Positions 15,194-25,777 of a stretch of DNA of 64,000 bases are shown here, piece by piece. This DNA is from Eledone cirrhosa (lineage: Eukaryota): the NCBI GenBank assembly GCA_964016885.1, contig OZ024743.1, forward strand, positions 317,192,001 through 317,256,000, in the 5' to 3' direction. A program made the position numbers and the translations under genes. The notes under the pieces were generated by a model. That model had not been told where the DNA came from, did not search any database, and worked only from the letters and a program-made list of their open reading frames with translations. Numbering within the stretch: the stretch's first letter is position 1; the number at the start of each line of letters is the position of its first letter.

Positions 15194-16085
15194 TGTAACA
15201 GAATTTTACTATGTTTTACCTGGCGAAGATTCAAAACCGAATCTAAAATTTCTCGCCTCTAAAACCACCTATTGTTGGAGTTCTCACCATTGTCCTGTCA
15301 AGAGACAACTATGATAAACGTATATACCACTTGACCTGTGACCCCAGGCACTTGACAGATGAACACATGGCTGCTCCTAAATCAATCCATATACACATCC
15401 TTCTAGCTATAGTGTTGTTATAAATACAATCGCTTGGAGAACCACAACAGAGGCTACGAAGCAGCAGTCCGTGAGATAACAACGATGTAGGACATTCACT
15501 TTCTACAGACCTATTGGGGTCTACAGACGTTTACAGATCTTTTACTCTCTCTCTCTCCTGGCCTTACAGGCTCTCACCTTCTCGGCCACAGATTGCACCA
15601 GCAGAGATAGTGATAACACAGACTACAGAGGGACGTTCTACTAACACTATGAATATCTCTTCACAAATACAGTTTTCTATCTACTATTCTCTCACAACTA
15701 CCCAGCTCAACAGATTGACCAACTACAGGAACAATGTTTGCTAAGGATAAACACACACACACACACACATAGGTTTACTTATATTGTTCCCTACTACACT
15801 GTATCTATTCTTTTGCCTTCCTGTCATTTCTCTACTACTGAAAAGTTTAACACAATTCTATTGTATCGTTTTATCAATAAATGCATACACGCTAGCTCGA
15901 AGTAGCTAGTAAGCAATTAATGCAGTGATAATTGATGTCACGATTTTATTACTCGATATTTGATGTACGAACAAGTGAATTTTGTTATTATAAAATAATC
16001 ATTGTCAACATCACAATTCTTGTATCATTCTTGTTATCATTCATCCTACAAAGAATACATCTATTCACTACATAATGGTGACCCC
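15194..16085 (+). mobile_element. LTR (~880 bp) plus tRNA-Trp PBS stub, inserted in a SINE
   Basis: TGTAACAGAAT...ATTCACTACA, then TAA TGGTGACCCC; internal AATAAA; SINE sequence on both sides. Confidence 0.65.
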
Positions 16086-16800
16086 TATCAATACATAGGT
16101 TTAACCCTTCAATGAACTGGCATCTTGTCCAGGGGAAAGTCTTGCACTCTCAGTTGCTTAATGCCATGGAAACTAGGATAAGCACCTGCCTGATGAGCCT
16201 TTGGTCTTCAGACAGACTTTAGACTACAACTACACTTGGTAGGGTATTTCTGAGACCTTACTAGTATATTGTAACAACAATTACAATGTGCATGTCATAA
16301 GAGGCAACTAAAAGAGTTGGCACCAGGAAGGGCATCTTGCTGTAAAACATTGCCTTGAATAGAACACGATGATGACGATGAAGCCTCTCATGGGGCTTGC
16401 CGAGTTAACCTCTACTTTAGTAGGGGAAATGGTCTTAAAATGCTGCTTCTATTTGTGAGGCTACACTTAATATGCTTACATCTACGCTCTTTAGTTCACT
16501 ATCTCTGTGTCTAACCAGTTTAGAATAGGTACAACATGTCCTTAGTTAAGGGCTGAAACTTGTGCTTGAAGAGGCTTTCTTCTCTGAAGATCTTCTGCAG
16601 TCCAGCTCTCCTGAGAGTTTTTTAAGGCTGTGTATCCAGTTTAGAATAGATACACCCTGTCCCTGTGTCCTTGGAGGTAACTAAAAATGTAGGCACCAAA
16701 AAGGTCAACTGACTAAAAAACATGGGAGCAAAAATGACCCTATGATGAGTATAACAAGAAGTTGATTTTTTTTTTCAATAGAGAAAAAACATTGACATAC

Positions 16801-17015
16801 CCAGAATATGAGTCTCTATTCAGGAGAAATGCAGAGTTACCACAAAGATACCAGAGAAAGGTGTAGTGAGCAACCTCTAAAATAATGTCTATAGGTCGAG
16901 CTATTATCTGGTGCCATAATGCTTTCTGTCGTTCCTCACCATCAATGTCGCATTTGGAATAAATCTGGTGTCGATGTGTTAGAGCAGTTAAAATATTAGG
17001 GTCGGCTCTTCTCAC
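16801..17015 (-). CDS. GDE1: GDE1 exon 5
   Basis: cttttag|VRRADPNILTALTHR...FLWYLCGNSAFLLNRDSYS(G)|gtatgt; 215 nt; matches the recalled human TALTHR and LWYLCG.SAFL motifs. Confidence 0.93.
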
Positions 17016-17864
17016 CTAAAAGGAATAGAAAAACGAGCAACAAATATTTATTAAATGACAACAAAGTTTCAAATTTGGCTGGATGTTGGACTCATAAGGT
17101 CAAGGGTTCAATTCCTGAACAGGGCAGTGCATTGTGTTCTTGAGCAAGACACTTCATTTCACATTACTCCAATTTAGGACCATATTTAAACCTTGAGGGG
17201 CCCAGAGCAGGTTAGGTTTAAGGGCCGTGTTTGACAAGGGGTACCCAAGGCATTTGTCCCCATCCCCCCAATTAATCTGGCCCTGCAGGAGGTTAACCCC
17301 TACAATGGACTGGCATCCAGTTGAGGGAGGAGTCTCTTTATGATTAGATTGGGGTCTCTGTCATTAAACACATGAGAAGCCTATTATGAAATGTAGCCTC
17401 ATAGAAGGCCAGCCAAAACTTGGAAATATTTTATAAGCTATTTTATAGCATCTCTGCACATGAGCACATCACTCTTTACATTAAGATATTATTCTTTGTG
17501 TCATAGATCTGCTAGAAGAGACCTACCCGACCTATGACTAAACATGTTATATCTATAATACAAACAACAATGTCAAATACTCCATGCACTACAGAGATGA
17601 GGGCTAGTTAAAAGGGGTGTAGGTTTAACTCTTTTCAAACCAACATAGCTGAAACTACCCAGGGTATATGATACAAAACTGACCTTTCTATAATGTTTAT
17701 AAGAAGGAGGAGGGGTAGAAAAATGGACAGAATGAAGATGAGGAGTAGGAGGAATGGAAGAATAGAAGTGAAAGGTAGTAGGAGGAAGGGAAGAAGAATA
17801 GAAGTGAGAAGTAGGAGGAAGAAAGAAAAGAAAAGCTGTGCTGTAAAAAAGGTGTAACACTTAC

Positions 17865-17957
17865 CCTGTAGATAATATTGGGGTAGAAGGAACAGACAAT
17901 TGCTTCTTTGTAAAGACTTGGGTATTTAGCAAACAACTGGCTGAGAACAACTACAGT
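17865..17957 (-). CDS. GDE1: GDE1 exon 4
   Basis: ttacag|TVVVLSQLFAKYPSLYKEAIVCSFYPNIIYR|gtaagt; 93 nt. Confidence 0.92.
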
Positions 17958-18061
17958 CTGTAACGAGAGTATGTAATTAGTGAGAGATGATAATGAATGG
18001 CTTTGCAATGGAGTTAGAGATTCTACAATTATTACTATAGTAGAGTTGCATAATTGCATCA

Positions 18062-18245
18062 CAGATGCACATACATACAACAATACTGCATAATCACACA
18101 CATACAACAATACTGCATAATCACACACGCATACAAACAACAATATTGCATAATCACACACACAGACATACAGCAATGTTGCATAATCACAGACATGCAT
18201 ACATACAACAATACTGCATAATCACAGATACACATACAACAATAA
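18062..18245. repeat. ~30-bp minisatellite just upstream of the GDE1 exon 4 acceptor
   Basis: Unit CATACAACAATACTGCATAATCACACA, about 5-6 copies. Confidence 0.85.
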
Positions 18246-18257
18246 TGTGTGATCATG

Positions 18258-18551
18258 CAGGACTGGACTTTCACCTGCTGAAGCCCAAAGCTATATGAAA
18301 TGTGAGGCCCTTCTCTAAAAACAGCTGGGTAAAAAAATTTCAAATAATTAAACATGGTTATTATTTATTATATTAATGTTAATGATAAAGAATAAATAAT
18401 ATATATATGTGTGTGTGTGTAATTTTTGATGATTTAGTGTTAAAGAATAAAAGCTAATGATAAAATAAAAATATTTTGTTTTAAATGAGGCCCCCAAGGG
18501 TGTGTGGCCCTAAGCTAAAGCTTATTTAGCTTATAGGTAAGTCTAGCACTG
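18258..18551. mobile_element. hAT-like MITE
   Basis: CAGGACTGGACTT ... AAGTCTAGCACTG; left end matches the reverse complement of 11905-11959. Confidence 0.6.
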
Positions 18552-19671
18552 ATCATCACAGACACATACATATAACAACACTGCATAATTACAAACACAC
18601 AAACATATATCAACACTTCATCATCACAATCACATATATGTATACTACAGACACACTTCACTTCATTTTTCCCTTAATCTTTGTCATGGGGGCACTGCAG
18701 GGTGGAGCAGTGTACCACTTCCTTCCATCCATCTTTGCTGCAAGCCATAACTTGGATTGTTGTGAAATCTTTACTGGTTTATTTCATAATTGTTTCTACT
18801 TTTGGCACAAGGCCATCAATTACCCAGTACATTACTGGTACTTTATTTTATCGACCCCGTAAGGATGAAAGGCAAAGTTAATGTGATCTACCTAGTTTTT
18901 CTTTTGACATCCTTGCCTTCTTTTCTCCTGAACTGTTCCTTAGAATATGGTTTTGGTCAATCCATCAGATCATGTAATGTGACCATTTCGTCTCATTTTT
19001 CTTTTCTTTACAGTGGTTAGCAGGGCTTCATGTTACTCACACATTGCCTGATTGCTAAGTGAATGCGTTTGTTTATGTGTTCCATGTAGGAAACTCAAAG
19101 TAAAAGAAATGTATTTAATAACAATTATAATATTCGAAATGCTGCTGAAAATTGGCAGAGTCATTATAATGTTGAATAGATTCTTTGCTTTGGCTCTCTA
19201 ATCTCTGATTTCAAATCTCTCTGAGGTCATCATTGCCTTTTATCAAAGTCGATAAAAAAGTACCAGTCTAATGCTAGGATCAATTCTTCCTCTATATATT
19301 TTTCTAACTTCCTCTCACTTTCTATCCTTCTCTGGAAAATATCTGCTGTGTTCAGACATAAAGAGATGGGCTCTGCCAGATTTAAAAATGCCCAAGAAAT
19401 GCCATATGCCTCTACGGCATCTCTAACACTCCATCAAGAATTACGGAACAATACATATATAATATCCAAAATTTTGCAAAAATACTATGTTTCGTAGCTA
19501 TATATTAATATATATTTAAAATAGAGTGGAGTCACCTAGACTAAGGGGCTCTGGGTTGCAGCCCACATAGTCAATAAATCCAGTATTGATTTTCATAGAC
19601 ACTAAAACACACACACATCAGATGATACTCTAACACACACACACACAGTAAAAAGTTAATAGATCTTCTAC

Positions 19672-19777
19672 CTCAGCAGCACTCCTTTTGCAATCAATAA
19701 ACATTTTCAGGTTCAATTGTAGACAAACTATAACAGCTTCCTCCAGTTGTGGGACCTTCACTTTTCCATATTTGTCC
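19672..19777 (-). CDS. GDE1: GDE1 exon 3
   Basis: ttatttcag|G DKYGKVKVPQLEEAVIVCLQLNLKMFIDCKRSAAE|gtagaa; 106 nt, phase fits exon 2. Confidence 0.9.
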
Positions 19778-20242
19778 CTGAAATAACAGACACAATATTA
19801 CAGTGTACAGAAATACAAACATAACACAACTTAGCTATCAGCTCTACCGAACTTTTATAACTTTAGACATAGAGCATTGGGCTTACAATCATGAGGGTGT
19901 GAGTTTGATTCCCAGTCTGGGTGATGTGTTGTGTCCTTAAGCAAAACACTTTATTTCATGTTGTTCCAGTTCACTCAGCTGTAGAAATGAGTTGCAATGT
20001 CACTTGTGCCAAGCTGTATCAGCCTCTGTCTTCCCCTAGGACAACATTGGTGGAGAGGGGAGGCTGGTATGCACGGGCGACTACTGGTCTTCTACAAACA
20101 AACTTGCCTGGACTTGTGCATTGGAGGGGAACTTTCTAGGTGCAAATCGCATGGCCATTCATGACCAAAGGGGGTCTTTACAGACTTTGGGCATGAGATA
20201 TTTTTACACTGACAGTTGTTTCTGTACATTGAGTTAGTCAGT

Positions 20243-23200
20243 TATAATAATAATAATGAAATTATTGTGTAAAGTGCTCAGGTGCACTACAACTCGTCAA
20301 GAAAGTACATAGAATAATACACAAATGTCAGGGAAGTACATGTGTGTATGTGTTAGCTGTAGTGTTGGCGGATCTCGGGAAGCATGTAGGCCTTAAAGGA
20401 TGCAGTGTCTCGACAGCTAACAACTGATGCAGGTAGTTTGTTCCATGCTTCAGCAACTCTGAGCGTGAAAAAATGTTTCCGAAAGTCATGGGAACTGTGC
20501 TGTTTTCTTACTTTGTGGGCATGTCCACGTGTGTTAGACACATGGAAATCGAAAAGGCACTCAGGGTTGTTGTTGGCAACATGGTTAACAATTTTGTGGG
20601 TGTTTACCAAGTCAGTTGCCAGGCGTCGGAGCTTCAATGAATCCATGCCCAGGGAAGCAAGGCGCTCAGAGTATGGTAGATGCCTGATGGAGGGTATTCG
20701 CTTGGTTGCACGTCTCTGAACAGTTTCCAGGCGGTCAATGTCCTGAGCAAGATAGGGGTTCCAGACTGGTGATGCAAATTCTAAGTGTGGTCGCACCATA
20801 GTTGTATACAGCCTTAAATAGATATCTGGAGAGCGGCTGACAAAGGTCTTGCTGAGTGATGCTAAGACTCCCTCGGCCCTCTTGACAATTTTAGAGACGT
20901 GCCTCGTCCAACGCAAATCGCTGCTGACCGTAATGCCCAGGTCACGTTCACAGGAAGACTTCTTGATATTAGTGCTGTGGAGGGAGTATGTGGACGCTGG
21001 GTTTTTACTCCCAAAATGCATGGTGGTGCACTTGTCCACAGCTAGCTTGAGTTGCCAGTCTGAGATCCACTGTTGCATTGTGTCCAGGTCAGACTGCAAG
21101 CAAGATCTATAGTGTTCAGGATCTGTCCTTTTTATCTCAAGGTACAGCTTGATGTCGTCTGCGTACTTTAGTACTGTGGCATTCCTTAAGTTGGCATCTA
21201 TGTCATTAATATATGCCACAAACAAAAGGGGGCCCAAGAACAGATCCCTGAGGTACACCAGATGACATCTCATATGGTGAGGAATGCTGTCCCAGAACCG
21301 TGACTACCTCTCTTCGACTGAGAATGAAGGACTTCAACCAGTTAAAAAGATCATCCTTCACACCCATTGCAGAGAGTTTTGCCATAAGCCTTTTGTGTGG
21401 CACAGAATTGAAGGCCTTCGCAAAGTCAAGGTAAACAACATCCACCCATGAGCCGCCATCAGTGATCCGGGTGATGTCCTCAAGAAACTCTATAAGTTGA
21501 TCACAGCAGCTGGAGTTGGGGATAAATCCAAATTGCGAGGGCCGGATAAGACTGTGAGAGCTCCAGAAGTTCCAAAGTGTTTCTCTGACACAGGATTCCA
21601 TCAGTTTGGCGATGCAACTAGTAAGACTGACTGGACGATAGTTCACAGGTGATGTGCGGTCACCCTTTTTGAACAGAGGAATGACACTGGCAGTTTTCCA
21701 CTGTTCTGGAGTAGCACTGTTGTTCAGACAGAATTGGAAGAAGCGTGATAACTGGTGTAGAAGGAAGTACCCACCATGTTTAAGAAGCAGGTACGTAACA
21801 CCATCAAGACCAGGAGAGGCATGGTTGCGTTTATTTTTTAGGTGACGTCGCAGCATTGCAGGTGTAAATTCCATGGTTGTAATAGAGTCCGGTGTCATAG
21901 GTGGTGGAGATGGTACACTCTGGTCTTCAATGGTGAAAATGCCTGCATAGCATTCAGCAATGAGCTCTGCGCATTCCTTGGGGTCGTCAGTAACCTGGCT
22001 TGTGTGGGGATTGCGAAGAGGACCAACTGGAGAGTGAGGCCTCTGCTTTGAGTGAACATACTTCCAGAACACCTTACTGTCAGGGCTGGTTGCTATGCGC
22101 TGCTCAAATTGAAGCACTGCCTTTTTTGTCACCTGTTTGAGGTGGTTGGACGATCTATTTCGCCTCTTCCTATTAATGTCTGATTTGTGAAGTTTGTACT
22201 CACGTTCAGCATTGCGCCGTTCTTTTCTGGCAAGACGGACTGCTGCAGTCTCCCAAATTGCGCTTTTGGGATGTTTTTTCCGCTTACGTGGCACCGATGC
22301 TGCACATGCTGTCCATATTGAGCTCAGGATGTTCTGGAGTACAGTGTTGACATCTCCAGAGTCATAGAACTCAAGCCAGTTTGGCCGTTGCAACTCGGTG
22401 CAGTAACAGTTCCAGTCTGCTTTATTCCAGTCAAAGTGAGCAGTTTGGAGATGGTTGTGGTTCTTGTTACTGCCCATGAGGGATAGATTGGCAATGATCA
22501 TAGCATGATCAGAGTCACCTAAAGGTTCCTCAGCAGTAACACTAATGACCGTTTCAGGAGTAGTGGTGAAGAGTAGGTCCAAAGTGTTGTCACCTCTCGT
22601 TGAGGAGGTGACCACCTGGGACCAACTCGAGTCCAGCACCAGCTCAAGGAAGTCATTTGCACTTGGCGGCCAACGAAAGGTCTCCCAGTCAATCTCAGGG
22701 TGATTGAAGTCACCTGCAATGAAAACATAAGTGGCTGTCTTCCTGGCAGCAGCTCTGAGGATATCACAAAGTTGAGTGTCCTGATGGTAATTTGGAGGAC
22801 GGTAAATGACTCCAAGTAGCAGTGTTGACATGGTCATACGTATATCGCAGAAAAAAAACTTCCTGCTGTGATTGGTTCAAATCAGCACAAGGAATTGCCG
22901 ACAGATTTGACCGAACGTAGACCATTACACCACCACCACGACGATTAATACGGTCTTTACGAAACAGGTTGTAGCCAGTCATGCTGAAAACCCCATCACA
23001 GAGTAAGGGATGTGCCCAAGTTTCCGTGACTGTAATGAAGTCCGGGTTGATACTTTTGACGTAGCAGTCAAAAAGATGAATCTTATTGCATAGACTACGT
23101 GCATTCAAGGACAACAGTTTGTACTTTGATTCCAGTCTATGATTATGTGCAGGGGATGGCAGGTTGTTCTGATTTAGTTTCCCAGAGTTTTTTCAGTTTC

Positions 23201-24060
23201 TTTATTGTCAGTTGTTGTGGGTACAGTGTTTTCAGACCAGCTGGTGTCTCTTTTCCATGATTCGCCAGCCTTAACAAACTTCCATATCTGCCCATCATCT
23301 CGTAGGCTGAAGCTTTCATGTTCTGCCGAGCTGCGGTTTAGGGAAGCTGCAGCACGCAACTTTGGGCGGACATCAGGTGGAAGACCAGGACGTGTTCGGA
23401 AAGCAATCCGACTTTCACGCCTAGCTTTATCAGAGGCTACAAGGTATGAACGTGCCTCAGCTGAGTTTGAAAACGACAGTCTAATTAACCTGGGTTTCGG
23501 GCCTGGTCGGCCAAGGCGTAGAGCACCCTTTGCGGGAGCACAGCCCAGGTCTTTGGATGAACTGGCAGCAAATGCCTGAAGATCAACTATGTCTTCCGGC
23601 ACACCAATGGCAATCACTTCGTGGTTTGCAGATTCAGTGGCATTCTCAATGCGTCTAGGTTCAACATGAGGTACGCGGATATTTTTTAACAAGGCACTCC
23701 GGTAAGATCCCTCATTGTGGGGTTCTACACGAACGCTTGATTTTATTTCCGCTATTTCTTGACTTAAAGCGGAAATCATTTGCCGTATTTCCTCAAACTC
23801 TGTATTGACGGTCGGTTTTTGTTGTTCTTCTTCTCCTTCAACAGGCATGGTAGAAGACACAGTCGTCGGTTGTTGTTGTTGAAAAGTAACGGGTGAGGAA
23901 GACATGGGTTGCTGTTGTTGATGAAGTCCTTCAACGGGGGTAGTAGCAGAAACTACGGTCGTTGGTTTTTGCTGTTGTTCAGCGACAATGGTAGAGGAAG
24001 ACACGATCCTCGGTTTTTGTTGTTGTTGTTCAGGAACAATGGTAGAAGAAATCTGTATCT
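20243..24060 (-). mobile_element. CR1-clade LINE (ORF1, APE, RT) in GDE1 intron 2, sense orientation
   Basis: ORF1 has Q-rich repeats, a coiled coil and an RRM-like region. ORF2 pieces: LSLNARS..VTETW, GDFNHP, SDH, NYRPVSLT, YLDFAKAF, GVPQGSVLGP, YADD, VRPHLEF. (TAT)n tail. 5' boundary approximate; no TSD found. Confidence 0.95.
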
Positions 24061-24565
24061 GCAATACTCTTTTGATATCAACCCACTTAAAAACACCCCT
24101 GGTTCTATCATACAAGATTATCATACAAGATACCTATTCTTAAGTGGATACATTTAGTAAGAGAGAACATATGGAAAACAATAAACAAGTAAATTAGAAG
24201 TACTTCAAGATAAACAATATAAAGATGGATAGTTTGGTTTAAGGTGGATAGACTAAGTTAGACATGTCTGAAGGTTTGACTCTATAGATTCTATCAAGTT
24301 ATGTCATTTCCTAACGCCCAGTCCACACTGTAAAGTGGTCGATTTGATGCCATGATAAAAAGCACCCAGTCCACACTGTAAATATGGTTGATGTTAGGAA
24401 CGGCATCCAGCCATAGAAACCAAACCAGAAACACTTCTGCATGAGCAAGACACTATCATCTGATCTAACTGGTCTCACACTGGGACATCTTACCTAACCC
24501 ATGCTAGTGTGGAAAAATGAACATTAAATGATGATGATGATATAACATATTTATCAGGAATTTAC

Positions 24566-24741
24566 CGATCCTTATGTTTAGCTGCAGCATTCAATTGAAG
24601 AATTTCTTCCAGTGTGTGGTCCCGTATAAAACCTGTTCCATTTGTTGTGCGATCAAGTGTGTCATCATGTATAATAATAGGGTAGCAGTCTCCAGTGAAC
24701 TCCAGGTCAAATTCAACAGCATATGCACCGTTTTTCTTGGC
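24566..24741 (-). CDS. GDE1: GDE1 exon 2
   Basis: tttttctag|AKKNGAYAVEFDLEFTGDCYPIIIHDDTLDRTTNGTGFIRDHTLEEILQLNAAAKHKD(R)|gtaaat; 176 nt, carries the E-x-D and HD motifs. Not in the ORF track. Confidence 0.93.
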
Positions 24742-24989
24742 CTAGAAAAAAAATTAGATTATTTTACCATATAATTGTCCTGTTCTATTTTACTACATAA
24801 TATAGCAATGCCCCAGCATGGCTTCAGTCTGTCAGTTGGAACACGTAATGGAGTAATAGAGTAATATAGACCCAGTGTTTAATACAAACATAAATCCCAT
24901 TCTACTTTACTACATAAATCTCCAGTTCTCTTTTACTATATAAAAAGATGGAATAAAATTGTGCATGACAATGCAAATAAAATTGGCAA

Positions 24990-25730
24990 AACCTCTTCAT
25001 GGGGTTATAAACCCTGCTAAAAAAGAATAGGAAAGACAATATTGACAATTAATAACTATTTTGTTCCTATGGTTTAAAAGCCTGTGTACCAACATTGTGA
25101 TAAAATAGACCTCAGAGATACATAAAAGGCAAGATTTTCTTTTTTCAACATAGGCTTTGCGGAACCAATAATATTCCATTGAAGCCTGTAATTGATTTGG
25201 GGCTTTTTGAGATTGACAATACACTGAGCCAATTACATTCAGGATTAAGGTTAGAGTTTCTGACTGAGGAAGAATGGGGCCTATTGCTAACAGTTGTGTG
25301 GCAAAGGTTTTGAAGATGATGATTTAATTGGTTATGGCTATTTGAACTACTATTACTATTCTGATTACCTAAGACATTTTTCATAGTGTTGCTAGAAATA
25401 TAATGTTTAGAACATTTACAGTGGTTACTGAAAGCAATATAGTCAGCCAAGCAGGATGTAGTTGAGAAGGATAACTTAACAGTATTTTTGTTAATTATCT
25501 TATACCATTTATGACTAAGAGGAAAATTTCTTTCCCAAATACTGAAGATTTTGGGGATATTAGAAGCTACATTTAGTCCATGGGGCAGGTTAAACCACAA
25601 AATTTCACATTTTTAAATCCTAGGTGAGTGAGGTGATTTTTTCCCCCAGGTGTGTATTGAGAAAAATGCATAACGCCATTAGCAAGTATCTGGTTAGGTT
25701 TACTAAGAACAGATTTACCCATAATCATGC
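24990..25730 (-). mobile_element. Penelope-like fragment (3' part), continuation of 29353-29570
   Basis: WFNLPHGLNVASNIPKIF..HKWYKIINKNTVKLSFS; CLLCISE. Confidence 0.7.
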
Positions 25731-25777
25731 TTCCCGAAATTCGCCAACACTACACCTGATATTCCCCCTCCATACAC

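Noticed and set aside
16185-16225. CTGATGAG as a hammerhead core (also ~30565)
   Set aside because: No GAAA or stem III follows; these are SINE body or tail sequences.
24060-24124. Annotated Met start of CR1 ORF1
   Set aside because: The first ~22 codons look like flanking AT-rich sequence and no TSD or 5' UTR was identifiable, so the true start is uncertain.
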